A stretch of DNA of 63,999 nt, counting the filler, from Circinaria calcarea (lineage: Eukaryota): NCBI GenBank assembly GCA_051942165.1. It is 12 parts of 12 records of this genome, joined end to end, with 100 filler letters (N's around TTAATTAATTAA, not from the genome) between each part and the next. Parts side by side here need not be neighbours in the genome. Positions count along the whole stretch, not along the records: positions 21,496 to 26,764 come from JAVECS010001971.1; positions 26,865 to 32,133 come from JAVECS010001972.1; positions 32,234 to 37,500 come from JAVECS010001973.1; positions 37,601 to 42,866 come from JAVECS010001974.1; 8 more parts are not named here. One strand, given 5' to 3'. Positions within the stretch are counted from its first letter, which is position 1, and every line of letters begins with the position of its first letter. The notes beneath the pieces were generated by a model. The model searched no databases, was not told the origin of the DNA, and saw only the letters and a program-made list of their open reading frames with translations. The position numbers and the translations under genes are program-made. Shown one piece after another: positions 25,569-37,855 of this stretch.

Positions 25569-26764
25569 TCAGTACCCTGCACAGGCACCTGAAATATCAC
25601 AGGCTATTTTCTCAGCAAATGCATCTAGAATAGCATTAGAAGAAATTCCAACAAGGTTAAAAAGAGTACTTACAAATAGTAGCTTGAGGGTGACCAGGCG
25701 GCAAGATTGGGAAAGCTGCCGCATCCACAACTCTCAAGCTCTGCACGCCGATAACCCTTGACTGGTTATCCACAACGGCCTTATTATCGTCCGGGTGACC
25801 CATTGCACATGTACAAGCGGCATGGAAGATGGTGTTAAAACTCTTTCGAATAATGCTTTCAATCTGTGCATCAGTTTGAATCTGAAGACCGGGAAAGGCC
25901 TCTTCTCCAATAACGAACGGCTGCATCGCCTTTGATTGCCAGAAAGCGCGTACACGCTTGAATCCCGCGATTGCAACCTCTACGTCTGTGCGATCGGTCA
26001 GCCAGTTCGGGTTGATTACAGGCGGGACTGTAGTATCGGCGGATGTAATGGTCAGATTGCCACGTGACCGTGGTGCTACCAGCGAAACTGCAAGCGAAGC
26101 ATAGTTGTACCCGTCATTCGGATCGCCTGTGACCAAGTTCTCTTGATAGCCCAGATAGGCGCCCACGGCGAGGTACTCAAGCTCGGGCCAATCTGCAGGA
26201 AAGGTTGCAAGTGCGGCAAGCGTGCTGTTCGACAACGTTGAACGTAATGGTTGGGGGACTTTCTCCCACGCAAGTACGTCCGTGGTGGGGTTGGTGTACA
26301 ATCCCGCCGCCCTCTCGTTGAAATCTTTAGCTGCTTGAGCGGCAAACGCAGCATTAGAGAAAGACGAAAATGTGGGGGCATTAACTCGGTAAGAAAGACC
26401 AAAATAAACATGATCCTCCATATTCTGACCAACTCCGGGCCGGTCTGCAATAACAGGTATGCCATATTGTTGCAAAGTTCTAGCCGGGCCTACACCAGAA
26501 ACCATCAACAATTGCGGCGACCCAAACACACCAGCTGCCAAGATAACTTCTTTTGTTGCTGACAAGGTATATATTCTGCCTTGAGTGTCCACAATCACGC
26601 CGGTAGCCTTTTTATTCGCATCAAAGAGAATTTTCTTCGTCATGGTCGACTGGTAAACCATGTAGTTGGAATAAGCCAGCCCTCTGCGGAGAAATGACGT
26701 TTCCGAGGAGTCCCTCGTCATGGTTGTTGCGTTGATTGTGAACATGCTGTAAGACTGGCCCGAT
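25569..26764 (-). CDS. GMC oxidoreductase (AA3_2 / choline dehydrogenase-like), 5'-truncated
   Basis: KEVILAAGVFGSPQLLMVSGVGP, PGVGQNMEDH, PRSRGNLTI, FHAACTCAMG, LRVVDAAAFP...GHPQAT; a short last intron leads to YAFAEKIACDISGACAGY*. Confidence 0.93.
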
Positions 26765-26864
26765 NNNNNNNNNNNNNNNNNNNNNNNNNNNNNNNNNNNN
26801 NNNNNNNNTTAATTAATTAANNNNNNNNNNNNNNNNNNNNNNNNNNNNNNNNNNNNNNNNNNNN

Positions 26865-28466
26865 AATGCAGAGGGAGACAATGGCGTTTAAGGCGGTCGA
26901 AGAGCCGATATTGATGCAGGCGAGGATGATGGTGAGAGCGAGGGAGACGAGGACTGCGCGGATAGGGATGTTGGAGCCAGGACTGACCTGAAAAGTGGTG
27001 TTAGAGATGTAGATTGAAAGGTTACGGCAGGAGACTAGCATGTGAGAGAAAGCCTGAAAATGGTAATCCCCTATCACGAGCGAAAGACCAGATCTGTCGT
27101 GAAGCCGTGGCTACTTCGTTAATGCAGCTAGAGGTGAGGGTAATAATGACAATGGTGGTCAGGATGTTTGTGGCAGCATAGCTCCGTGTGGTATTGTAGA
27201 AAACTTGAATGAACGGGTATCCAGTTGGCGAAGCAAGAATACTTGGAACATCACCCAGTGTAAAGCATATGGTAACTGCCATGATTAGACCCATGAAGCA
27301 ATTAAGATACACGGACCACATGATGGCTTTTGGTAAGGTCTCGGAGGCATCCTTGATCTCTTCGGCTATTGCGAGCATATCGTTCAGCGTGCGGTCCATA
27401 AATGTCAAGGATTGGTCGCACCTACCCATATGAACAGCACAGTCAAACCCAAGTATTGAGCCCACGGACGTCAGTAGACCAATCATAGCAGACAAGCCAG
27501 TAGAAGACCAGCCGCCAGAGTTGTCGAACACGAGAAGAGCATCTCGGGCATTGGCCCGTGGCGCCATGACCCACAAGGGAATGACCACTGCTAAAAGTCC
27601 CAATAAATGGATCATCAGGAGTGTGATTTCCACTACGGGTAATCGCGACGCAAATATCGTGTTGAAGATGACTGAAAAGGTGGTGACGGCAATGACCAGA
27701 AGCGTGCCATGCCATCTCTCGAAGACATAAGAAGGATAGTTCAATACGATAAGGCCTTGGATGATTGTTCCGACCAGGAAAGCGATCGATACGAGGGCAG
27801 CTTGCCACCCGGTAGCACAGAGCCATCCTGTCGACTGCATCAGCATAGGTAATGTACCTCAATCCGTTGAGAACCGTACCAACAACGTAACTTAGGGACT
27901 TCTGCATTTTCGGCGGAGCAAACTCTGAAACCCAATGATATTGGCCTCCAGCCGTAGGAGCCCTGCAGGCAGAACGATCAGCTCTAACGTTCGATGGGAA
28001 TGCTAGCCGATTAATTCACATTGAAGCCATTTCAGCCAAACTCGCATATACCATTGACACCCCCACACATACTACCAAGTAACCCCAAAACAAGCCTGCA
28101 GTTCCGCCATTGGTCAAGACAAAGATGAGCTGTCTGCTATTAATCAGTCCCGTACGAACTATCAGCAGGGGAAAGGCAATATTCTTACGATAGCATGACC
28201 TCCCATGAACATAGTAAGGTACTTGCAAACCCTACCATAGACAGCAGTTTGAAGTTGCGCTGTTTACGAAAGTAGGTCAGCCATGGATCATGAGTTCTGG
28301 TCATGTCGGATTTGCGTCTACTTACACGCACGACCTGCTTCCGGCCCAGCTTCCACATGTCCATCCGATCCGTCTCTGTTCCTATATACTTTCTATCGAC
28401 CACATCGCCCACGTCGTCCAATTCAATTGCAGTAACATTCTCAGAAACCTCTTTGTCAAAGTCCAT
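26865..28466 (-). CDS. APC-family amino acid/choline/GABA permease (Hnm1/Uga4-like), 3'-truncated
   Basis: DMWKLGRKQV..RNFKLLSMVGFAS, NGGTAGLFWG, SLAEMASM|APTAGGQYHWVSEFAP, GFDCAVHM|AEEIKDAS, SRQIWSFARDRGLPFS across GT-AG introns. Confidence 0.92.
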
Positions 28467-29410
28467 GACGGCGTTTTCGGTTCAAGTATGTTGAGGAATA
28501 GAAGGCGAGGAAGCAGTGATAAATGATAGAATATGGTCAATGCATACAATGTATATATGATTTTCTACCAATAACAGTGGCTCTGCGGATGGGGCCAATT
28601 CCCCATAGTGGCCGTCTGCTCCATTTACCGCGCGGAGCGCAGCGGAGAAGGATGGAATAGATGAGGTACAATTCAGAAACAGGGATGGTGAATGGAGATC
28701 TGATCATGTTCCCTGCATATTTTCCGACCACTCACAATGTTTTCAATCAACCATCGATGTTAGCAGCAGTCCGGAGGATCACCAGCTGCCTAGACTGGAC
28801 TAAACCGCCATGGAAAGTGGTGGGAGTGGATAATTCATCCTCGACGGGGACGCTTTATGCTCCTTGACCAGAACCTCAGCCCACAAGTCTGTAAGACCTA
28901 GGCCAATGCTTTGTTTTAGATATACTGGTAAGGCTGATGATTTGATACACCAAATTAATCACCCTTACCAACAAGAGTACGGAAAAGCGCACTTTCATAC
29001 CTCACCCCCTCATTTTAATTTATACCTCGGAGGGATATACTGCCGTGGAAGACTGTATGCTGCAATAAGCGTAAGGTAGAATGGAGGTTTGCTTTCGGTT
29101 CACTTTGCGGTTGATGACTTGAGACAAATAGATAGAGTCGTTTCATACTGTAGATAGGAATAATAAACGTCAACGGCCAATCTTGCCAAAGGGATCTCCT
29201 CCAGAGTATTCGTTCCCAAGAACGAACTCATCTCCACTACGGAGCAGGATGGATAGTGGAAAATGCGGGGAAATCTAGGAACGATCTTGACCGCGCCACA
29301 GGCGCCACAACCGACGTCATGGGTGGGGATGTGATGAGCAACGATACATCTCAAGGGCATCCTGTACGAAACATGTACCACTTCACCCACAGACGCACTG
29401 CTCTAACCCT

Positions 29411-31749
29411 ATGAGTCATTTCATCTCATCCTTCCTTGTTGAGCCCGTTGTTCGGCAGGCTCGCCGTTTCTCGCGTCCCAGTATCAGCAACGAGTCTGCT
29501 CGGAGAGAGGAGTCGCCGTCGCTCCATGGTCATGGACACTCGGATAACAGCGACGCGATGGCGTCGCCGCAGGAAATAGAACATCAAGTCTTGGACTTTG
29601 AAAACGATCCATCATTCCAAGACCCTTCTATCTCCGGTCAACCTGTCGTTCTCTCTCCCACCTCGGAGATTGGCGGGTTGGAAGCTGAGTTACAAGCCTT
29701 GCAACGTCTCCAGTCTTCGTCCAGTGGAACTCTCGATCTCCAAAATCCAAATTCCGGAAGAGCGCGCACCAATTCGCGCCTGGAAGATGGCAGTTCTAGC
29801 AACCCACTACATAGGATAGCAGAGCGCTTCCGTTCAGCAAATACTTCGCACAGCAGCTCCATTTACTCACTTGATAATCCTGACATGACTCCGGTCGAAG
29901 GGTCGGCCCTGTCACGCCGTTACACTGGGCAAGAGAGCAGCCGGCGAGGGACTGGCAGCTACAATAGCAAAATGGCAGACGAAATGCTCCCAGCCGACGA
30001 CGGCATGGGTACGATGAGGAGGCGCATTATCGAAATTCAGAAAAGCGAACTTCCCACTACCGACAAGTCCCGTCTAATACATGAGCTGATGACACATGAA
30101 TACAGCTTGTCTCAGTCGAGTCTCCACGCTAGCAACCACGCAAGAACTCGTTCACCAGCGAGCCTTCGAAGTCAAGACAGACCATTAACTCCAAACTCAG
30201 GACATTCCATCTGCGACATTGGTCGGACCACCTCACCTCCGACTTCACAATCCTCAGCCACCGATACCGACAGCCCAATATATGTCTCACCGGAAGATCT
30301 GAAGCCTACGTACTATTCCAAACCCCCACTCTCCGAGCTTTCTCGATCTACAGAGACGGCAACATCAGATCAGCATCGAAGCTCCACCGATCAAGAAGAA
30401 GATAAAGTCCCTTTAGGTTGCGCCCACTACAGGCGTAATGTAAAGCTTCAGTGCTCTACTTGCCATCGATGGTACACGTGCCGTTTCTGCCATGATGAGG
30501 TTGAAGACCACTCTTTGAATCGTCGGGAAACCAAGAACATGCTTTGCATGCTGTGTGGCTGCGTTCAGCCAGCGTCGGGAGAGTGTAAAGATTGCGCTGT
30601 TCGGAGCGCTTGGTATTACTGCGGAGTCTGTAAGTTATGGGACGACGATCCTCAGAAAAGTATCTATCATTGCGACGACTGTGGAATTTGCAGGCTCGGA
30701 CAAGGACTCGGCAAAGACTTTTATCACTGCAAGGTGGGTTACGTCTCCAGATTCAGCCTGTTTGTGATTTTGGGCTAACCAAGCGGTACAGACTTGCGTT
30801 GTATGCTTGTCGATATCAATCCGGGATACTCATCGCTGTATCGAGCGCTCGACGGATTGCAATTGTCCTATCTGTGAGGAATACATGTTTACTTCACCCC
30901 AGACGGTCGTCTTCATGCGCTGTGGGCATAGTATCCATCATCGCTGCTATTACGAACATATGAAGAACTCGTATCGATGTCCGATATGCGGTAGAAGTAT
31001 CATCAACATGGAGATGCAATTCAGGCAGCTCGATCAGGCAATAGAGAGCCAGCCTATGCCTCCTCAACTTCAGGATACCAAAGCTTGGATATACTGCAAT
31101 GATTGCTGTGCCAAGACATCGGTGAAATATCATTGGCTTGGTTTGAAATGTGCAGTGTAAGAAGAAGCTTAAACGGCTTACGAAGTTGTGCTTATTGGTT
31201 TTTAGGTGCGACTCATACAATACAGCTCAGATCCGAATGCTCAGCGAAACGAACCAGCAGACAGAGGTTGGGTTATCAGACGAGGGTCTTTTAATCCCTG
31301 ATGACGTGAATTTGCTCACATCCGATACACTGCGGCAAGTACCGAGAGGACGCTCGACTCACAACAGTGATGCGGCAAGACGACCAGCGTCTTCTGTTTC
31401 AGCATTAGATCGCATTCGAACGATAGTCCCTTCCGAGCCATTACGACAAACATTCAGATCCTCCTCCCCTCGCATAACCACACGGCAATCAGTACCCGAA
31501 AGTAGCATCAACACCGATGATGCCGATGCAATGGAAACGGACGACGATGATGACCTCGATGATGTAGACTTCTGGGGTCGACAGAGTCCTCGAGGGAGGG
31601 CTAGACACGAGACCGGGATGGTAGAGACCGGAAGCGCGGATGACAGCGATGAAGGTGATGATGATGATGAACTTATGGATGACGAATTAGAAGATGACGA
31701 CGATGATGGCGAAGGCGAAGATCACATGGAGATTTTTGGGCATCGCTAA
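29411..31749 (+). CDS. CHY zinc finger + RING-H2 + zinc-ribbon E3 ligase (RCHY1/Pirh2-like)
   Basis: Exons 29411-30733, 30792-31156, 31206-31749. GCAHYRRNVKLQCSTC...CRFCHD; CPICEEYMF...CGHSIHHRC...CPIC; IYCNDC...YHWLGLKCAVCDSYNT; acidic tail ending IFGHR*. Confidence 0.93.
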
Positions 31750-32639
31750 GTTGATTTCTTTGTATAGGGATGGTTCTGGGTTTGAGGAGGAGGGTTTGGA
31801 AAGGGTTGAGATAAAGAGGGAGGGCTGTCGCCGTGTTTATAGCCAACGTGATTTGCATCTCGAATAAATCTAAAAAATGCTATAGCGCTGCTTTCCATCC
31901 AGCATAAATAAAATTCTCCATTCTCTGCTCGTTTTTGCGTTGTCGGAAATCGAGGTATCTTACTATACCGTCGTTTTCCCCCATCCCCGTCCCCGTACAT
32001 TCCTATCCCCACAACTCGGCGCTATGCCCCGTCCCCGTACAAGCAAGGCCTTCCTTTTCCTTTTCCTTTTCCGTACGGCTTTTTGCTGGATGATCAAGGG
32101 AATCTGGGGTTAGGAGGGGGGAAGATGGAAGGGNNNNNNNNNNNNNNNNNNNNNNNNNNNNNNNNNNNNNNNNNNNNTTAATTAATTAANNNNNNNNNNN
32201 NNNNNNNNNNNNNNNNNNNNNNNNNNNNNNNNNGGAGTAGGGAGCAGGAGGGGGGTGGGCAGTTGTAGATGTGACCGCGTAGCCTGGATGGTGTTATCCC
32301 GTATGTATGTACGGGGTAGAGGATATACGGGCGTTTGGAAGGGGGCGAGGGCTTTAGCTTCGGCATCTTATCATCATAATACCACTATCCTTGTTCCCTC
32401 CCCTTCCGTTTCCAATATTTTCCTTTCCTTCCCTTTTCCCCCAGCTCCCTTTCACTTTCCCTTCAATTACCCCATTTCCATTCAATTACCCCTTTCCCAG
32501 CTTACCGAAGTAAGGTATCCCATTAATAGTGCCCTAGTGTAGGAACGATGGCTATGGATGACACAATATACACCCTGGGGAATAACCTGCCATACGCTAC
32601 CGTCACAACGTCTCCTAATAACATGCTATCCAGTTCTTT

Positions 32640-33500
32640 ATACTTCGTTACCCAACAGACTGGCATGGAATCGTGCTACTAGGTGGAACGCCATCTTGGC
32701 CGAATCCACGTCCACCGAGTTTGCGTACTTTTTCCTAAAGGTCACTAACTGTTGTCTGGTAGAGCTTTGATCTCCCATGTAGCTCCTTCATCTTGACCAT
32801 TAAAATCCACCGGCCTCCGCATTCACAATCTCCTGAAATTTTGCTCGAATTGCTTCATCAAGAAATAAACCTGCTTGGTCGACAGAAGGATCGTATCGGC
32901 TAGGGTGGACCGAGGACGCGAATAACAGGTCTCCACGGCTCGCTGAGCAAGCCTCCCGCACTCGAACAGCATCGCCTTAGTAAGGGGCGATCAGTTCCAC
33001 TATGTGCACGCGAGTTGCATGCCTGTGTTTTCCGTACGGATATGTACCCTCGACTCTCACCGAATGTACCGCTTCCATTCTTACTATCCAACACCCTTCA
33101 ATGTCTCCAATTCGATACCAGCCAGCGCCCTCTTAACCTAAGCTAATCTCCTCTTTTTTGGCTTTGGCGTCGAGGAAACCACCCGGGGCGGCATGAAATC
33201 GTTGAAAAATGGTAACTAACCAGGAGATGTAACCTCTACGAATGTTTCGAGGATTGTATTCATCGCTATCCAGGGGTAATAAGGTCGATAGCTTTTCTGG
33301 CTTTAGTATAATTCTATCGTTGATGTACTGGAAAAGGATGGTTTTAAGCCAGTTGGCTGAATCGTCTTTATCAGCCACACCGAAGTTATTATGGCATTCG
33401 GAAGCCCAGACTAATAGGATCTTTTCTAGAGCCTCACTCTCCCTTAAGGACTCTTTAAGCGGGTTAGTGGACTCAAAGTCACTATACTCAGCCATGGACG
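32640..33500 (-). pseudogene. Degenerate gene of unknown family
   Basis: The 120-aa ORF at 33133-33495 continues in frame through several TAA/TGA stops; region is TpA-rich. Confidence 0.35.
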
Positions 33501-33957
33501 AAAGATCGTTGTAGATTTCGCGGTTAATAAGCCTGACTCCTCTGAGATTCGCTTTTATCGCAGCCGTTTCAAGTTCATATCTTTTAGAAGTTTATCTTTG
33601 GCTGATACGATCGCCACTTTTCTGGTAGTGCCCTTTCCGCGCGTTTTCTTCCCCTTTGGCTCCTCTTGGGGGTCGACTGCCTTACGTTTCGGATTCGCCT
33701 CATCTGCGTGCTCCTCCCACGTTTCCTTGTAGGGGCCTATTCCTTGTACTATATCCCTTTCTGTCGCAGCGTATGTAACGCTTACTCGGCGTCGTTTTCA
33801 TAAACGCACTGCACCGGACCTAATGTTCCCCCTAATAATATAAAACAACCAGCAGAAATTATATACCAGAAGTTTCAACACTCATGTTATTATCCTGGGC
33901 AGCAGACGGGACTAGATGATTACCGTAAAAAAAAGCAGTAACAACGAAATCATATTC

Positions 33958-34048
33958 AACGGGGATATTCCTCGCACCAGCGATGTCCTTCGTAACGGAG
34001 AAGCCCTTCTCGACGGTGATGTTCTTCGTAGCAGGGATGTCCTTCTCG
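33958..34048 (-). repeat. 18-nt degenerate tandem repeat (~5 units)
   Basis: Units gagaaggacatccctgct / acgaagaacatcaccgtc / gagaagggcttctccgtt / acgaaggacatcgctggt / gcgaggaatatccccgtt. Confidence 0.75.
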
Positions 34049-35536
34049 AGGGATCGGGTGAGAAAGGCCATTCTCGCTGTCCCAACTAGACGCCGGTGGG
34101 GTGAAGGGCTTCTGGCTAAAACGCGGGCCCGGCGGGGTGAACGACTTCTCGATAGGTTTACATCTGATCTGCGCCCCGGTCTATATTCGCAAAATCACAC
34201 GCTATACCTGTCAACATGTAAAAGATCTGCCGTGGGAAGCCCAGGACATCCAAGGATAAAGACTGGAGCAGGGGTGATTAGCTTAGGAGCAGGAGGTGTG
34301 GCCTCGAACCTCACATGGATACACCGCCCCCGGAGTCTACTATCCAACACCCTTCAATGTTCCGACATCAATACCAGCCAACGCCCTTCTAACCTAGTCT
34401 TTATATCATGTCCCTTTTTCTCTCAGAATATGCAGGGCCCACTCCGCTTTATTTTCACAGACGCGTTGCACCGCAGCTAATACGCCCGAGGTTTCTTAAT
34501 CGACCCTACATTGGGCCCCTTGCTCTTGTTGCCGATGAAAAAATTTCGTCGTGAAGTGCGGGAAAAACTAGACATGTTTCGCCATGCTAGATAAAAATGA
34601 GTTGCCTTCCTCTTTCGTAAAATATACCTCTTGGGTTTCCGAACTGGGTGCTTCGATTGTTATAACACTCGAAGTGATGACAGAAATCCCATAATATTAA
34701 TTTACTTCAAATTGGACGTAACAGCTAGTTGTAAACTGCTTTAGAGATAAGGGGGGAATGATGTTCACAATTGGTAAAGTCAGTATCAGGATTTTTTGAT
34801 AGGGATGGAGTCGTCGTTGGGAGAAATTGGAATCGCCCTCGTCGAATGGGGCAGTGTCCATATTATCAACAAAAAAGTTACCAACTCCCAAAAGCATAGC
34901 TATCGGCTGGATGACAGACCTCCAGGCGTACGGGAAGGCGTGTCTGCAAAGGAGATCATCCTTCTTATCTGGTTATCATGGTTGCAGTTTAAAGTTTGAC
35001 ATGATTCGCACAGCGGAGTCAACGGCGAACTTGAAGTTGAAGTGTATTTGCTTTTTACTAAATGCAGATACATAGGCCAAGGGAAGATCGATGCCTCGGA
35101 TGATAAGAACAGCAAAGTGAGCAGCTACTTGAAATCACTTGCCCTTCCACCTGACTGAGTACATCCGAGGGTAAATGGTGCCTGGGACCATGAGCACAAT
35201 AAAGTCGTAGGTCATTTGGTTCAAGTGTCTTCATTCTATTAACTGTCGTGTCATATATAATTTACCGTATTTGAGGTTGACTTCCTTTTTCAACACGGGA
35301 GGTGATCGGGTTTAACCCTCGGATTGGAGACCGTATGTCCTTCATAAGCGGTAACATTCTTAAAAATTTATTGACATTTCCTGAATTGTGCTGCTCTTAC
35401 AATCTTTCGATCAGGTTATCGAATCTAATTGCAGACTCATATCTTCCACAGCTTGTATATTAGTGTTGTCAGTAACTTCTTCTAACTAGTACTTTCAGTA
35501 ACATCCTCATCAACAGCACGGTCACCAACATTCGCA

Positions 35537-37000
35537 TCAGCCCCACCCCAGACTATGAAGCGCCAAAGTATTTTTGCCACACTCATTCAAATACTCTTCC
35601 CACATCGCTATCAGCAGCTCCGGACTCAGCACTACCCGTTTGAGTTCCTCTATTCTTAACAGTTTGAAAGAGAATGTAGTCTCAAGGGTCCTGCGGATAG
35701 CCGAGGAGCTGAGACATTGATCTACTGTTCTCTGTGAACATGATTGGCATAGGGGCCAGGTCGCAGTCGGACGTGCCACGGTCAACGGGGATCCAGAGGC
35801 TTGCCAAGCTTGGGACAGCCGTGTGTTTTGTGTACTGAGGGAGTTGAAATCATGCCTGTCGACTGGTTTGGTCGAGTTCCGGAGACAATCTTTGCAACTC
35901 CTGGGTTTCTCTGGTTGACAAAGTACGAATCTTACCTTGGCCGTAGGATCATTGAGGCGATAGGTATCGTAGAGGATACTGAGTAACATTGCCTCATGCT
36001 CGGCGGAGCCTAGATCTACTTAAGCTGTCAGCAATCGCTCTTATAAAGGAAGATGCCTGTAACCTTACCTCTTCCAACCAACTCTCTATTGCCAGCCCTC
36101 TCAAACGGCAACTCCGGCTCTTCTCTTGTCCTGGCCTCAACTATCTCGTCTTTAGCCCTTCCTACAGTTCCGACCTTCTTCCAAGGTGCAAAACCCTTTA
36201 GCTGTTTAAGGACATCATGTGAGACGATTTTGCAGCCTCTCCTTAGGTCGTTCCGGACGGGCCGATATCTTCATGTATTGCGTTGACCATAATGATCTCT
36301 GGTCGGGGTCCCATGTTAACGGGCACCTATCTCGTATCGGCGCCGAAAATTATTCCGGCGATTGATATCGTGGCTCAAAGTACAAGTTGGATTATTGCAT
36401 CGACCATTAAAATTTTTCAAAGCAGAGAGACACGCAAACAATCTGCTCGTTGCACCCAAACGAAAACTTTGCTCGATTCCCACAATTTAGGTCTGGTAAA
36501 AAATCCGGGCCCGTCAGCGTTACGCACTCAACTCCTCACCCATCCAGCTCCGCCATTTCCTTCAACTCATCCTGAAATCTCTTCAACGCAGCGTCATCCT
36601 GCTTAAAGACCCATACCTAAGGTAGAAGGTCTGGACATTCTCTCCATAGTCGCTGTCGTTATTTCAGACTGAAGACTACCGCCTGGTTTTCGCCCTTGCA
36701 CTTGTCGGCCACGTAATCGGCATCCATGAGATTTATCATGGTGACGGCAATGTTCTGATCCGTCCCGCTGTGATAGAAAGCATGGTTGAGGGTGGCGAGG
36801 TGGCCTTGGTGAGGAGGGTTGAAGGAACCAGTGTATATCAGAATGCGATTTATGGTACCCATTTAAAATTTAGGTGGCGAAGGGTTAGTAGCTGTCTTGA
36901 GCTTGGGAAGGAAGGAAGTGGTAGGCAGGGTTTTGTTTTCCTCGGATGTGAAGGGTACAAAGTCTGTAATTATATCAGGAGATATATCTAATGGATGAGG
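35537..37000 (-). pseudogene. Cytidylyltransferase-like (HxGH nucleotidyltransferase) pseudogene
   Basis: RILIYTGSFNPPHQGHLATLNHAF...FSLK*RQRLWRECPDLLP*VWVF...DG*GVECVTLTGPDF; in-frame stops at 36863, 36659, 36617 and 36536. C-terminal LSSSAIRR...LSPELL lies in ORF 35537-35989. Confidence 0.75.
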
Positions 37001-37855
37001 AGTAGAGAGTGCTAACACAAGTGCCGTCTTCGAACATCCGATTGATCTTCTCTGTTTGTGGCATCCTGACCAACTTGTTAGGCAGGCGTTATGCCTAGAG
37101 GCTTGAAACTTTAAATGTGCCACATAGAAAGCAATGATAAACTGGCTCTTCACACGTTTTTCTTTAGGTAACACAAGGAGCTATATCAAGGCAAGGGAAT
37201 ATGGAGAAGAGGAGTAAATATAATTCCAGTGATAAGCAACAAGATTTAGCTTAATGTTAGAAAAACGAAATCTCACGGTAGATAATCTACACCTGTAGAC
37301 CATAATCACTAAATAAAATACGACATGACATCGTCCTTCAGCTTAAGTGTGAGTGTCGGAGACCTGCTAGCCCTCAACTTCAGCTAGCCGATATTGAAGT
37401 GTTGAAAGTTTCACACCCAGTTTATACTCACATGAATGGTTTTAGCCACCTTGTACAATCCATGTCCATAACTATACGCCGTCTTGTATTTTCTAACCGT
37501 NNNNNNNNNNNNNNNNNNNNNNNNNNNNNNNNNNNNNNNNNNNNTTAATTAATTAANNNNNNNNNNNNNNNNNNNNNNNNNNNNNNNNNNNNNNNNNNNN
37601 AGATTAGACAACGGGGGGTGCTGAATGAATGGTATGGTATGGTATGGTATGGTATTTATTTGCTCTCTCGATTCCCAGATGAATGAAATCCCTAACCCCT
37701 TCTCTCCCTTCTCTCCCTTCTCTCCCTTCTCCCACACGCATGCAAATGGCATTCACACGGGAAAGAATTCGAGAAGCTCAAAACCCATACACGTACCCCG
37801 TTCCGCTTGCTCTCACACAGAAAAAAAGTCCTCCTTCTCTCCCTCACCTACCCAC

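Noticed and set aside
5378..28466. Apparent large cluster of ABC transporter, PLC, SDR, GMC and permease
   Set aside because: The genes lie on five different contigs ordered only by length.
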